Positions 27,640 to 38,229 of a stretch of DNA of 64,000 nt are shown here, one piece after another. The position numbers and the translations under genes are program-made. Numbering within the stretch: position 1 is the first letter of the stretch; every line of letters begins with the position of its first letter. The stretch covers positions 62,001 through 126,000 of the IMG/VR virus record IMGVR_UViG_3300011113_000640, one strand, 5' to 3'. The notes under the pieces are model-generated. The model saw only the letters and a list, made by a program, of their open reading frames with translations. It was not told the origin of the DNA and did not search any database.

Positions 27640-28835
27640 GAATTTTCCTGTAACAGTGTCATGGGTGTATTTACCTGGGTTTTATTGATTGTGACCTGTA
27701 ATATATTTTGTCGACGGTACCGGGGCAGATCAAACATGTGCGGCAATAACACCCGCTCCAGTTCGCTGTGTAATCCGCGGGCACCTGTGCCGGTTCTCAG
27801 TGTGCGTTCCACTATGAGATCCAGGCTTTCGGGATCAAATTGTAGATTTACCTGATCTTGATCAAACAACCATTGGTATTGACCCACAAAATTGTTTTTG
27901 ATTTCTGTCAACACACTGATCAATTGTGCCCGGGTCAGGGCATGTAGGTTTACATAGTTGCTGAATCTACCCACAAATTCGGGTATCATTCCATACCGCA
28001 CCAGGTCTTCTGGAGTAATGGGTTCTTGTCGGGTATCATCCGCCGATGAGATTTGTGCAGCAAATCCCATGGCTGTGCCTTGCACACGATTTTGTATGAT
28101 ACGGTCCATGCCCACAAACGCACCGCCGGCTATAAACAATATATTTGAAGTGTCAATCTCTACAGTTTCTGTAGTGTTGCTTTTTCTTGTTCCTTGCACA
28201 GGCACCTTGCATCGAGTGCCTTCGACCAATTTCAGCAAGGCCTGTTGCACACCTTCGCCGCTGACATCTCGACTGACCGTTGCACTTTCGCTTTTACGAG
28301 CTATCTTGTCAATTTCGTCCAGGAACACTATGCCGCGCTGACAGCGTTCTACATCGCCATCGGTGGCCATGTATAATCTTGTGATCATGCTTTCTACGTC
28401 ATCGCCTACATAGCCTGCTTCGGTCAAACAGGTGGCATCGGCTATGACAAACGGCACATCAAGATATTCGGCTACGGTGCGGGCCATCAAGGTTTTGCCT
28501 GTGCCAGTAGGACCGATCATGAGTATGTTGGCCTTGGCTATGCGTCGGTCGGCCTGACCGATACGTTTGTAATGATTGGCTATGGCTACGCTGAGCACAA
28601 TCTTGGCTGAATCCTGCCCTACCACGTGCTGATCAAGGTAATCTCTTATGTCTTTGGGATCAGGAACTGAAACTGTGGCGGGCTTTTTTTCTGGTGTGGC
28701 CTTGGTATCTTTGAGAAGCCCGCCACACAGATCCACACACTCGTTGCAGATGGCTACCTTGTGACTGACTATGAGTTTGCCCACACGATCTTTGTGTTTG
28801 TCACAGAAACTGCAATGTTCTATGGCCGGGCTCAC
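27636..28835 (-). CDS. clpX: ATP-dependent Clp protease ATPase subunit ClpX
   Basis: CSFC/ICNEC Zn domain, [38 protein letters not shown] loop, TGARGL; start uncertain (28835 GTG or 28889). Confidence 0.95.
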   Translation of the reverse strand: MSPAIEHCSFCDKHKDRVGKLIVSHKVAICNECVDLCGGLLKDTKATPEKKPATVSVPDPKDIRDYLDQHVVGQDSAKIVLSVAIANHYKRIGQADRRIAKANILMIGPTGTGKTLMARTVAEYLDVPFVIADATCLTEAGYVGDDVESMITRLYMATDGDVERCQRGIVFLDEIDKIARKSESATVSRDVSGEGVQQALLKLVEGTRCKVPVQGTRKSNTTETVEIDTSNILFIAGGAFVGMDRIIQNRVQGTAMGFAAQISSADDTRQEPITPEDLVRYGMIPEFVGRFSNYVNLHALTRAQLISVLTEIKNNFVGQYQWLFDQDQVNLQFDPESLDLIVERTLRTGTGARGLHSELERVLLPHMFDLPRYRRQNILQVTINKTQVNTPMTLLQENS

Positions 28836-28836
28836 G

Positions 28837-30420
28837 TCAGGCCTGTCCGGTAGATCGTAATCTTTGTTCAATGCTGTCACGTTCAGCATCGCTCAACAAC
28901 TCAGGATCATATTCACCTGTGCTGATTTTTTCTATGAGATGATCTATGTAGTCGTCATTGTAGGCATGGGTATCACTTTGAGACTTGTCTACTTCAATCC
29001 AGGTTTTGCCATTGAACTTGTATAGCACACTGGGCAGTTGATCCACACGCAAGAACATGTCACTCTTGTTGGGGTTTGGTGGAAACGCGGTACCAAACCC
29101 GCGGACTTCACCCATTAATCCTTCAGGACGGTTGTCAGCTTCTAGGCCCAGTTGATCTTGATAGGCAGGATGATTCCAAGGAAAGTCTTCTACCTGTCCT
29201 GTTTGATGCATGCGGCGCCAATGTTTGATTGTTTCTCTTGGGTTGGCTTCTTTCCATTTTCTAATGGCTTCTTTTTCTCGAGGATCAATGCTGTCATCTA
29301 TGTCATCATCTGTTTTAATTTCATCAACAACTGTGTCTACCGGCTGGTTTAATGGAGCATGATCAGCTTCAGGATCTCGGTTAACGATTTTTTTGGCACG
29401 TGTCCACATGCTGTCTAGGCCAGCCAACACTGTCTGTTTAACAGTCTTTGCGGATTTAGCCGGGTCTTGTTCATCGGGCACATCAATTTCCGGGCCGGTC
29501 TGCGTCCATTCGTCTGTGCCCGAACGTATACCTTCAAACTCTCGAGGGAATGGCCATGGCACAGGTTTTTCCTTTTGTTGTTGATCCCAAAATCTGGCAC
29601 GCTCACGAGCTCGATCAAACCAAGATTGGACTTCTGGATCCTTATCGTTGACTTGCGTTTGATTTTCGCGCTCCCATTCAAAGGTCTTGGTGGCGGCCAA
29701 CAACAGGGTCAGGGCCAAGGGATCAAACACTATGACTATGAGTATGATTACCCAACGCACGGCCTTTTCTAACAGATTGGCATCGGGATTGTCACCATAT
29801 ATGAGTGCGGCAATGTATTTGATAGGACCTACTTCGGCTTCAATCTGCCGAGCTTGGCTGGCTATGGGTGCTCGTTGTTCTTGTAGTTTGGTAATCTCGC
29901 TCTGTGCCCGAGAAATGTCGTTCTGTAGATTGCCACGTTCACGGGCCTGACTACGGCGCAGGTTGGCAGCTTTGTCTGCCCCTTGCTCGCTAATGCTACG
30001 ACTCATGGTCTGATCCACGGCTTCATCCATTTGGCGCAGGGCCTTTCTGGCTGCTTCTATGTTGTCACGCTGTGTCCGGATCTTGTCATCGTAGATCTGC
30101 ACCTGGGCCTGTATGTCGCCCGACGGTACAGCCTGATCCAGGTGTGCCTTGGAAAGGAAGCCAAACACGCCCATGCTGGTCAAGACCATGAGTATGGCCA
30201 CAGCGGCACTGAGATATATCTTGTACTGCATTTCTGCACGGTGCCAATACTTGTGCAACCAGAGAGTTGATACCACCTTGCCTACTTCAAGACTGCTACC
30301 AAGAATAACAATGGGCCAGAAGGCCGCGGCAAATATGGCTGTGAGACCAAGTATGCTGTAATAGGCTGCACTCACTGATATGATCAGTGCAGTTGCGAGA
30401 GTTAGTATGCCAAACCACAT
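28837..30420 (-). CDS. Membrane protein with coiled-coil and acidic C-terminal region
   Basis: Three N-terminal TM segments, heptad region, EVGPIKYIA...VFDPLA TM. Confidence 0.7.
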   Translation of the reverse strand: MWFGILTLATALIISVSAAYYSILGLTAIFAAAFWPIVILGSSLEVGKVVSTLWLHKYWHRAEMQYKIYLSAAVAILMVLTSMGVFGFLSKAHLDQAVPSGDIQAQVQIYDDKIRTQRDNIEAARKALRQMDEAVDQTMSRSISEQGADKAANLRRSQARERGNLQNDISRAQSEITKLQEQRAPIASQARQIEAEVGPIKYIAALIYGDNPDANLLEKAVRWVIILIVIVFDPLALTLLLAATKTFEWERENQTQVNDKDPEVQSWFDRARERARFWDQQQKEKPVPWPFPREFEGIRSGTDEWTQTGPEIDVPDEQDPAKSAKTVKQTVLAGLDSMWTRAKKIVNRDPEADHAPLNQPVDTVVDEIKTDDDIDDSIDPREKEAIRKWKEANPRETIKHWRRMHQTGQVEDFPWNHPAYQDQLGLEADNRPEGLMGEVRGFGTAFPPNPNKSDMFLRVDQLPSVLYKFNGKTWIEVDKSQSDTHAYNDDYIDHLIEKISTGEYDPELLSDAERDSIEQRLRSTGQA

Positions 30421-30588
30421 AATCTAATATTTATTCTGTGTCTTCTGGTTGGATAAACTGGCTGGCCATGTCGCACATACAGCTAAAGCAGGTGGGACAA
30501 AAGCTCACTGGAAGGATACCAAAATAGCCTTGGATGCCGCCTTCGTCATCGGTGTAGTCGCAACTACAGACCGAACATTGATGAGCGT

Positions 30589-30819
30589 CTACTGCTTCTT
30601 GCCTGGCCATGTTTTACTGAATAGATTGAACTCGCGTTCGTTGGTTATAATACGATTTTCTAATCTATCCACTCTGCGTTGTAGATTGATGGTACGGATC
30701 AGCAAGATGATCAAGGCCGCTACAACAAGAGTGAAAGTCAGACCCCACCCGGCAATGATACCATAGGTCCATAACCAGAGATTGTCTATGGTTGTGGTCA
30801 GAAGGGTGATGGGATTCAC
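30589..30819 (-). CDS. Small membrane protein
   Basis: 76 aa with one TM segment. Confidence 0.5.
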   Translation of the reverse strand: MNPITLLTTTIDNLWLWTYGIIAGWGLTFTLVVAALIILLIRTINLQRRVDRLENRIITNEREFNLFSKTWPGKKQ

Positions 30820-30930
30820 GGTTTCTTGCCTATTCGATGTTTGGTATAATCACATAATACATGATATCCCATTTTATAGCAAGAGCAATGGTTGCCTAAT
30901 ATTTTTCTAGCCAACCAGATTCGGAATCTT

Positions 30931-31599
30931 CTAATCATCACGATTGCCAAACAGTTGCAACAGGCTGACAAAAATGTTAATAAAGTTCATGTACAGGCTC
31001 AAAGCACCCAAGATCTCGGCCTTGCTGTCTGGTTCAAGAATGCTGACCTCTTGGCGGATACGTTGTGTGTCATAGGCAGTGAGACCCAAGAACACGATAA
31101 TAGCCACTGCACTCACAACCATGGCCAAGGTGCTACTGCCAATGAACACATTGACAACGCTGGCGATTACCACTGCAATCACACCTACCATCAAGAAACT
31201 GCCCCATCCTTCCAGGCTTTTCTTGGTAAAGTATCCCCACAAGCTCATGGTACCAAACAAGATGGTTGCGCCCATGAAAGCAGTGACTATACTGGTAGTA
31301 GTAAACGTAATGAATATGGTGCTCATGCTGAGACCCATCAAAGCCGCAAAGATATGTAGCATGCCCCGGGCTTCACCATAGGTGGCCTTTTCCATGATCC
31401 AGGTCATGGCAAAAATCATCACAAGGGGTGCAAAAATCACAATCCATTTCATGATACCAGTGAACAGAAATGCCATGAGTCCCGGACTTGACGCTACCAA
31501 TAGACTGACCAACATGCTGTTGACCACGGCCAAAAACATGTTGTTGTAGACCGAAATCATTCGGTTGTTGATATCACTCACACTTGCATAGGTATTCAT
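30931..31599 (-). CDS. Bax inhibitor-1 / YccA family membrane protein
   Basis: About 7 TM segments; GLTAYDTQRI; ALSLYMNFINIF. Confidence 0.9.
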   Translation of the reverse strand: MNTYASVSDINNRMISVYNNMFLAVVNSMLVSLLVASSPGLMAFLFTGIMKWIVIFAPLVMIFAMTWIMEKATYGEARGMLHIFAALMGLSMSTIFITFTTTSIVTAFMGATILFGTMSLWGYFTKKSLEGWGSFLMVGVIAVVIASVVNVFIGSSTLAMVVSAVAIIVFLGLTAYDTQRIRQEVSILEPDSKAEILGALSLYMNFINIFVSLLQLFGNRDD

Positions 31600-31608
31600 C
31601 GCTTCTCC

Positions 31609-31857
31609 TTAATTGATATTGGGTGTGCCTGGGCCCTTGGCTCCAGTACACGAACCGCCGTTGTCAAACCACAGGCTCATGGCCTGATCGCGGTAAGATT
31701 CTAACTCATCTTGTCGTTGCTTTTGCTGTTCACTGTCATTGTGTTCAGCCAAGCGTTGTTGGTAGGCTTCTTCAGTCAGGGCGTGCCATCCACAACACAC
31801 GCCTGTGGGGCTACGCCCGCACCCGCAACGGCCTGCTGTTTCAGGTTTGGCCATCAT
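31609..31857 (-). CDS. CDGSH-like Fe-S/Zn finger protein
   Basis: CGCGRSPTGVCCGWH, a variant of C-x-C-x2-S-x3-P-x-CDGSH. Confidence 0.55.
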   Translation of the reverse strand: MMAKPETAGRCGCGRSPTGVCCGWHALTEEAYQQRLAEHNDSEQQKQRQDELESYRDQAMSLWFDNGGSCTGAKGPGTPNIN

Positions 31858-33041
31858 TGTGCTGTCTCCTCATCTGTCATAGATTTTACAATCCTATCCA
31901 TTGACACTGCTGGATCCCATTCCTTACAATACTTAGCACGGTTTTTACGACCCGTAGCTGTGTCTGGATCGTAGTCGATCCACGAAAACTCTGTGCCGTC
32001 ACATTCTGGGCAATGGCTGTTGTATTCTTCATCTTCACGGCGGTCATCACTGCTGCCTACCCAACCACACGATTTATTGTCGCAGATCAGGCTGGGTGGC
32101 TCGGGAGGTTGATTGACCCATGAGCTTGTGTCCCAGTTGTAGCCTTGCCATGATACTATGCCATCATCGTCTTTGGGATGGAACTTGCCGTATTCCCAGT
32201 CACCAAAATTCTTGCCATCCCAATACAGGCTACCATAGGTACTACCATGACCATAGTTACAACTATAGTAACCTGGGATTGTGGGTTTTTGTTTTTTGAA
32301 TTTGAAATTAGAGCTCTTTTCCCAGTCGCTAGGGCTAGTACCATAAGGTGGGTGACCCCAATCTTTTTCTTCGGGTTCATAGCGTTCCCAGTTGCCTTCA
32401 TCGTCAGTGACCCGCGCCATGGTAAAATCAGAACTCTTACCATCGGTGCTGCCGCCGTTGTTGTCGATCTCATCGCCATCGTAGTACACTGAATTGACGA
32501 TCTCTTCGCCATCTACTTCTTCGTAGTGCAGTTCCAGTTTGGTGATGTCAAACGGTGCTCGTAGTTCTATTTCGCCTTCAAAGAAAGTGCCTTTTTCGTT
32601 GCTACTTCCAACAAACACCACTTCACCTTTCTTGCGCTGACCAATGTAGGTCTCATCATCACATGACCACTCAGGACTGTCTTCACAGCCATCGCAGTCT
32701 TCTAGCTGTTTTTCAAACACAGAATTCCCATTTTCATCTTCGATCTGTATGTGTCCGGCGTTGCGGCTCACACCGTTGACGTGTGTCATGCTGTCGCATT
32801 CGTACCATGACCCAGGAGTGAATGGCAACATATCTTCGTCCAAGTCCATTTCTTCACAGGCGTCATAGTTCCAAGCTATGTCACTGAGATCAACTTGGTG
32901 CTCCATGCAGTAGTCCCAACATTTGGGATCCACGGTGCCCATGACCTTTTCACCACCGTAGCCCCACATGCTGATCTTGTAGGTTCTGGGTGTGAACTTT
33001 AATGTGTCTATGAGTTGTTGTTTCTCTTCTTTGGTTGCCAT
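31854..33041 (-). CDS. Acidic hypothetical protein with C-terminal Zn-ribbon
   Basis: 395 aa; CDNKSC...CPEC. Confidence 0.65.
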   Translation of the reverse strand: MATKEEKQQLIDTLKFTPRTYKISMWGYGGEKVMGTVDPKCWDYCMEHQVDLSDIAWNYDACEEMDLDEDMLPFTPGSWYECDSMTHVNGVSRNAGHIQIEDENGNSVFEKQLEDCDGCEDSPEWSCDDETYIGQRKKGEVVFVGSSNEKGTFFEGEIELRAPFDITKLELHYEEVDGEEIVNSVYYDGDEIDNNGGSTDGKSSDFTMARVTDDEGNWERYEPEEKDWGHPPYGTSPSDWEKSSNFKFKKQKPTIPGYYSCNYGHGSTYGSLYWDGKNFGDWEYGKFHPKDDDGIVSWQGYNWDTSSWVNQPPEPPSLICDNKSCGWVGSSDDRREDEEYNSHCPECDGTEFSWIDYDPDTATGRKNRAKYCKEWDPAVSMDRIVKSMTDEETAQ

Positions 33042-33050
33042 GATCTTTCC

Positions 33051-33326
33051 TTATCGATAATCTTTGTTTAACTGTGCCCAAGTCATCCAGGACTTGAATG
33101 CATTATACACTGTTAGAGCCTCTGTGTCATCCTGTTCGACTTTGACACCACGCACCCAAAATCCTTCAGGGCTGACTCGCAACATTTCGGCTCCGCCGGC
33201 CAAGCAGGTTATGTTGTTCATAGGTAATTGAGAGCCGGGTGGTACTGCTCCATAAAGTGGATCCAATTTCATTTCTTCCATGATTCGATCATGAGCCTCT
33301 TGCCAATAATCGTGTTGTGTTTTCAT
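33051..33326 (-). CDS. Hypothetical protein
   Basis: 91 aa. Confidence 0.6.
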   Translation of the reverse strand: MKTQHDYWQEAHDRIMEEMKLDPLYGAVPPGSQLPMNNITCLAGGAEMLRVSPEGFWVRGVKVEQDDTEALTVYNAFKSWMTWAQLNKDYR

Positions 33327-33513
33327 GCCATGAACTGACGGATGCGTTTTAGGGCTTTTTCAATACGCCATTTGATATAGGCGATCCATTCCTTGGGATG
33401 TATCATTTATTCTCCAATCATGTCTGCAAACTTACGAACCAAAACCGCCATGACTATGGCAGCACCAATAATGCATACTGCTTCTACAAACCAGTTCTCT
33501 AGCATCCAACTCA

Positions 33514-34260
33514 TCATAACTTGTTTACCTTTACAAATAATTGATTATCACTGGGTAACTGCCAACCTGGATCAAAAATATGTGATATTTTTCCCTGCAA
33601 CAAATATAGAGTAATAATATTTCTTACGTTTTCGCCATCTGCATCATCAAAACAAATAACCGAGTTATTCTTTGCTGTATTAAGAATGTTACATAAATCT
33701 GCTTCGACACTACTTGCACTATGGTCACCATCAATATGATAACCATCAAAGTTGTTGTCAGCACAGAGATATATAGGCAATACTTCTCTTGAATCACCTG
33801 CTATCAAAGTAAATCTGTCGCCAAACGTTTTTTTCAAATACCTTGCACATGGTTGCACATAAGAATGATATCCTATGTCTACACTGACAACTTCAAGATT
33901 AGGATTTGACGATAACATAAGCAAGCTGCTGAATCCACAATTGAACCCAACTTCTAAAACACGAGTCTTAGATAATGCAAATAAAGCTATTCCTCTTCTT
34001 TTTTGTCTGGCAGACTGATCTAACTGTGGTGAAACAACTTCTTTGTTCAGATTGATCATTTCTAGACTATTATCAGTAAAAAATATGCTACCTTCTAGTT
34101 CTTCGCCTGAATCTTGAACAATCTTCAATAAAGCAGACACGTGTTCATTGTAAACATGTAAAAAAGGTTCATTGTAAGAACTATTGTCAGGATTTGACCA
34201 TTTGTCAAACTGTCTAAGAATATCATATCTTACTTTTAAAATATTATGATACATTGACAT
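33514..34260 (-). CDS. Class I SAM-dependent methyltransferase (Methyltransf_24-like)
   Basis: VLEVGFNCGFSS, GDSREVLP, HIDGDH, CFDD; AT-rich. Confidence 0.8.
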   Translation of the reverse strand: MSMYHNILKVRYDILRQFDKWSNPDNSSYNEPFLHVYNEHVSALLKIVQDSGEELEGSIFFTDNSLEMINLNKEVVSPQLDQSARQKRRGIALFALSKTRVLEVGFNCGFSSLLMLSSNPNLEVVSVDIGYHSYVQPCARYLKKTFGDRFTLIAGDSREVLPIYLCADNNFDGYHIDGDHSASSVEADLCNILNTAKNNSVICFDDADGENVRNIITLYLLQGKISHIFDPGWQLPSDNQLFVKVNKL

Positions 34261-34261
34261 T

Positions 34262-35626
34262 TTACAGTTTTTCTCCTTGTTCAAATCCACGGAAGCGGAC
34301 AAAGCGGGGGAACCTTAGGCTATAGGTTCCATCTTGATTTTGGGTGACAGCGTCTGCCGCAACCTCAACCACTCGGCCAAGTAGGTCATTTCGGGAATGC
34401 CAATATTCATCACGATCAGCATCGGAAAGGCCACTGCCCACATTAACACGAATATTACGATCATTATCATTTCCTTCGCATATTATAGCACCCAAACGCC
34501 CTTGATTGCGACCTGTGCCTTCTTCAAATCCTACAATATTTAAGTCCACGGTCATCACAGGTTTCCATTTCATCCAGAAACTCGACCGTTTGCACTCGTA
34601 GGGTGCACCTACGTCTTTGATCATGACGCCTTCAAAGCCTTGGGCCACAGCATCCTCGGCAAATCTGCGCATGACATCTTGTCCTTCTGCGGTGCCGAGA
34701 TCCACATCCATACCAGGCATGATTCGGAGATTTGTTTCGGCTTCGATCTCTTGTCGGTTGATCTCCAACATCAAAGTGCGTTTATGTTGTTGGGCATTCC
34801 AAAATCCACGCTCAAAGTCTGCCAACGGAATCACATCAAAAATATAGTAGTTCATGTCCTTGGTCTTGACATTGTCTTTTCGTTGCGCCTGTTTCATCAA
34901 GGCCTGGAAACTTTCGCCCACGATCTCACCATCCAGCACAAACGGACCTTTGGTCTCAAGACTGATGCGATGTTTGATTCGGTTCAGTTGTTCTTGGATA
35001 TCTGGAAAGTTTTCAAATATCTTACCGTTGCGACTGTACAAGGTCACACGGTTCTTGGTGCATAACGCCAGCACACGCACACCATCCAGCTTGCACTCTA
35101 TACGTTTGATGCCCTTCATCTTGTTGGCGTGATCATTGCTGTCTGTGGCCAATTGGCAAGTGAACACAGGAATCCTCCACTCGGTCTTGCCCAGGATCTT
35201 GTTGAGTGTTTTTTCACTGATACCACAGCGCAGGTCTTTGATGATGACTCTGCGGCACAGGCCATTCCACTCTTCGCTGTCAAACTGCTCACTCATGGCC
35301 AGGATGGCATCTCTAGCATCATGTCCAGTGACACTACGAGTCCGCAAACTTTCTAACAGTCCCCAGAATGCCGGCCAAGGGTTAGGCCTGCCTGTCAGCC
35401 CTTCGGTCTCTGGCACTTGACGCACACCAAACACATGGAAGGGATTATAGGCTTCATAGCAGTTGAACAAGAAACATTGAGCATTGGCACTGCCCAGCTT
35501 GGCAGCCATGAGTGCTTTTTCAATTACTTTTTCTTTGTGTATTCTGCTGTCACTGCTTTCGAGATCGCGGATCCAGTCTGCGGCCAATTTTAATCCTTGG
35601 AATTTGACATCTTGCATGACTATCAT
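34262..35626 (-). CDS. ATP-dependent DNA ligase
   Basis: KLDGVR, SRNGK, LDGEI, EGVMIK, WMKWK, VGSG, SLRFPRF. Confidence 0.95.
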   Translation of the reverse strand: MIVMQDVKFQGLKLAADWIRDLESSDSRIHKEKVIEKALMAAKLGSANAQCFLFNCYEAYNPFHVFGVRQVPETEGLTGRPNPWPAFWGLLESLRTRSVTGHDARDAILAMSEQFDSEEWNGLCRRVIIKDLRCGISEKTLNKILGKTEWRIPVFTCQLATDSNDHANKMKGIKRIECKLDGVRVLALCTKNRVTLYSRNGKIFENFPDIQEQLNRIKHRISLETKGPFVLDGEIVGESFQALMKQAQRKDNVKTKDMNYYIFDVIPLADFERGFWNAQQHKRTLMLEINRQEIEAETNLRIMPGMDVDLGTAEGQDVMRRFAEDAVAQGFEGVMIKDVGAPYECKRSSFWMKWKPVMTVDLNIVGFEEGTGRNQGRLGAIICEGNDNDRNIRVNVGSGLSDADRDEYWHSRNDLLGRVVEVAADAVTQNQDGTYSLRFPRFVRFRGFEQGEKL

Positions 35627-35663
35627 TATTTACTAGCTCCCAGTCAATACAAATGTTGATAGA

Positions 35664-36386
35664 TTAGTTGGCTTGCACAGTGTATTGTCCGATCACAGCA
35701 CCGGGTTTTTTCAAGGCCTCGGCTCGACGAGCCTTGTATTCTTCGTTGTCAACTTGGACCAGTCCAATGTTTTGGGTAGTACCATCTGGGCCTACCACGC
35801 TGATTGTTTCAGACTTTTTGTCTGTGGCTGGTGCCCGGTTTTGTTCTTTGGTCACGTTGTCTAATTCTTTGAATGCTTCAGGCGCACGAGCCGCGGCATC
35901 CTTGGCCGACTTCATGACATTCTTGTCGCCTATGGGCAGGGCTACCAACACATAGGTACGGATACGATTGCCTTCGGACACATGTTTCATTTCCACGGTT
36001 TCTACACCAGTGATGTCCACGTCGGGGCACATGCTACGCAAGGCCATTTCGCTTTGGTCAGTGCTGGAGTCTCCGCTGTCACTTCTAAACATCTTGACCT
36101 GGCTACGCACTTTGCCTCCGGCGGCTGTGCAAATCTTGGCATAGGCCATGCTCTTGGCCTTGATGTCGGCAAAGGCAAAGTCTCCGCTGGTGGCCGTGCC
36201 GTTTTCAAACACATAACCTGCGGCCTTGGGCAACTTGCTCATCCAAGGCGGTGCCTCTTTAATGGCTGACGCCATCTGTGCAGATTGCAGTCCATTGTCT
36301 GCACTGAACTGTTTACTGTAGTTTGGCGTTGAGCTACAGGCACTCAAGGCCAAAGTGATACCGGTTACGATTGCTAATTTTTTCAT
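35664..36386 (-). CDS. Lipoprotein (LPP20-like)
   Basis: Lipobox LSAC; PPW...G.ATS motif. Confidence 0.65.
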   Translation of the reverse strand: MKKLAIVTGITLALSACSSTPNYSKQFSADNGLQSAQMASAIKEAPPWMSKLPKAAGYVFENGTATSGDFAFADIKAKSMAYAKICTAAGGKVRSQVKMFRSDSGDSSTDQSEMALRSMCPDVDITGVETVEMKHVSEGNRIRTYVLVALPIGDKNVMKSAKDAAARAPEAFKELDNVTKEQNRAPATDKKSETISVVGPDGTTQNIGLVQVDNEEYKARRAEALKKPGAVIGQYTVQAN

Positions 36387-36418
36387 TTCCTACCTCTTCT
36401 TAGAGTTGCGATTAATAA

Positions 36419-36447
36419 AGTATAGCACAAATGCTACCATTTGTCAA
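36419..36447 (-). promoter_or_regulatory. Sigma70-like promoter
   Basis: TTGACA-17 bp-TATACT. Confidence 0.75.
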
Positions 36448-36997
36448 CTACACGCCATTGTGAACCATGCGACAAGCATATGATGCCTTGATACTGTCCA
36501 AGATCCTGTTTGCGATATGTGGGCTCAATGAACCAACGGCACTGGGCACCAAGATATCTAAAGGTCTTGGGAAAGTTTGGATGGACTCGGACTTCGCTTT
36601 CACGCACAGTGTCGCCAATGCGAACATTACGGACCTGTATTTCTGGACGCTCGTCGCAGACCATGTTGGTCTCCACAGTGAGATTTTTGGCTGTAGCTCG
36701 ACTCACAACCTGTACTCGTCCAGAATCCATGGCCTGGCGGCACAGCTCGGCTTCGGTGACTGTTCTGGGTGCGGTCTTTTCGCCTTCGCCCGAAATCCAC
36801 TCATTGTCGATCAAGGCTCTGAATGTGACTATGCACTTGTGGTGGGTGTTTGATACCGGCACAGCCAAGGTCTGTACATCAGTGATCCTGGCAATGCTGG
36901 CCTGTTGTTGTGTGGTCATGGCCTGCCGCACATAGCACTGTGCCATGACAGAGTTGGTCACGGCCAACCCCAAGATCAACGCTGTAGTGCGGAGCAT
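36434..36997 (-). CDS. Secreted Cys-containing hypothetical protein
   Basis: Signal peptide; six Cys. Confidence 0.65.
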   Translation of the reverse strand: MLRTTALILGLAVTNSVMAQCYVRQAMTTQQQASIARITDVQTLAVPVSNTHHKCIVTFRALIDNEWISGEGEKTAPRTVTEAELCRQAMDSGRVQVVSRATAKNLTVETNMVCDERPEIQVRNVRIGDTVRESEVRVHPNFPKTFRYLGAQCRWFIEPTYRKQDLGQYQGIICLSHGSQWRVVDKW

Positions 36998-37251
36998 GAT
37001 GCTCTTAGACTCCATAGGTTATTTTTCAAACGAGTGTAGTATTGACGATAAGATTGGGTGAGTTGATCAGGTTTGGAGCCAAAGTAGGCATGGAATTCGT
37101 CAATGCGTGACTTTAAATACACCGCCTGTGACTGTGCCTGGCCACAATCGGGTCGCAGGTTGTCAAAATCTGAAATGTCATAGCCGGGCTTGGTAGGGTG
37201 TGAAGCACAGCCAACCAACAACATCACAGCAACAAAAAACAACTGTCTCAT
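36976..37251 (-). CDS. Small lipoprotein
   Basis: Lipobox LVGC. Confidence 0.65.
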   Translation of the reverse strand: MRQLFFVAVMLLVGCASHPTKPGYDISDFDNLRPDCGQAQSQAVYLKSRIDEFHAYFGSKPDQLTQSYRQYYTRLKNNLWSLRASCSALQR

Positions 37252-37424
37252 AGTTCAGCAGTATTTTGCTGTTGATGACGGTATTCTCTTTTGAGCCAAT
37301 ACTTGTACATGCGGAAATAGGTTGCGGCATCGCAGGTAGGAAAACCATAGGCGTTGGCTTCGTCCTTGTGATCCATGTAGATGCGTTGTAACCAAATTTG
37401 AAATGGACTGTCAGAACGTTTCAT
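37248..37424 (-). CDS. Small hypothetical protein (58 aa)
   Basis: Read manually (MKRSDSPFQIWLQ...YKYWLKREY); ATGA overlaps on both sides. Confidence 0.6.
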   Translation of the reverse strand: MKRSDSPFQIWLQRIYMDHKDEANAYGFPTCDAATYFRMYKYWLKREYRHQQQNTAEL

Positions 37425-37657
37425 TTCATCTCCATGATCCGCTTGATTGCGGCTGTAGCTTCAGGAAAGCCTTGCCGCTCACGACTGCTGACCACGGCTT
37501 CAATTAATTCCATCTGTGTTTCATGCAAGCCGCCCACAAAAGTCATGATCTGATCACGGGTCAAGGTCATTTTGATATTGCCCAAGATCTGACGTTTGCG
37601 ATTGGCACTTGGCCGTTCTTCATAATCATCTTCAAACACGATTCTTCTCCTGTTCAA
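37421..37657 (-). CDS. Hypothetical protein
   Basis: 78 aa. Confidence 0.55.
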   Translation of the reverse strand: MNRRRIVFEDDYEERPSANRKRQILGNIKMTLTRDQIMTFVGGLHETQMELIEAVVSSRERQGFPEATAAIKRIMEMK

Positions 37658-37765
37658 TTTGTTTCAGCAGGTCTGCAATAAATCTCTTGGCCAGTTCGCT
37701 CCAGATAGAGCTGTCTATGATATGGAATCCAGCTTGTCTGGCAATCTCACGAATCTGCTGTTCGG

Positions 37766-37918
37766 TCACACGGTCTCCTCATCACAGTCTCTGGCAAAGA
37801 TACGAGCCACATCTTCCTGGGTCACATAGTCTTTGAAATAGATATAAGTTTCATCCTGGGTGCGACCACGGGCCTGCCATTGCATGATTTCTATTTCGAT
37901 GTCTTTGTAGAATCCCAT
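37766..37918 (-). CDS. Small hypothetical protein
   Basis: MGFYKD start with GGAG RBS. Confidence 0.55.
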   Translation of the reverse strand: MGFYKDIEIEIMQWQARGRTQDETYIYFKDYVTQEDVARIFARDCDEETV

Positions 37919-38229
37919 TATGCCATCTCCCCATAGGCTTGTGCATCCAGGTCGGCTGACCATTCAGCGTACTCTCGTGGATCAATCACTTCGGGTTCGT
38001 CATCAATGACCCAACCGGCCTCACGTAATTCTGCACGGCCCGATTCGGTCTTCTTCATGGCATCCAAAGCGGCATGGATACCGTTGATCTGGGCTACCAA
38101 GAACTCACGATCACGCCACTGCTCAGGAGTGGCACCACGTGGACGCCACCCGTGAAAATCCTTGTGGAAATCGCTGTAATAGCTCTGCAAGTCTTCTACC
38201 GATAAATCTGCAAAATCGCTGTGTGCCAT
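37918..38229 (-). CDS. Hypothetical early protein
   Basis: YSDFHKDFHGWRPR motif; AGGAG RBS; promoter upstream. Confidence 0.7.
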   Translation of the reverse strand: MAHSDFADLSVEDLQSYYSDFHKDFHGWRPRGATPEQWRDREFLVAQINGIHAALDAMKKTESGRAELREAGWVIDDEPEVIDPREYAEWSADLDAQAYGEMA

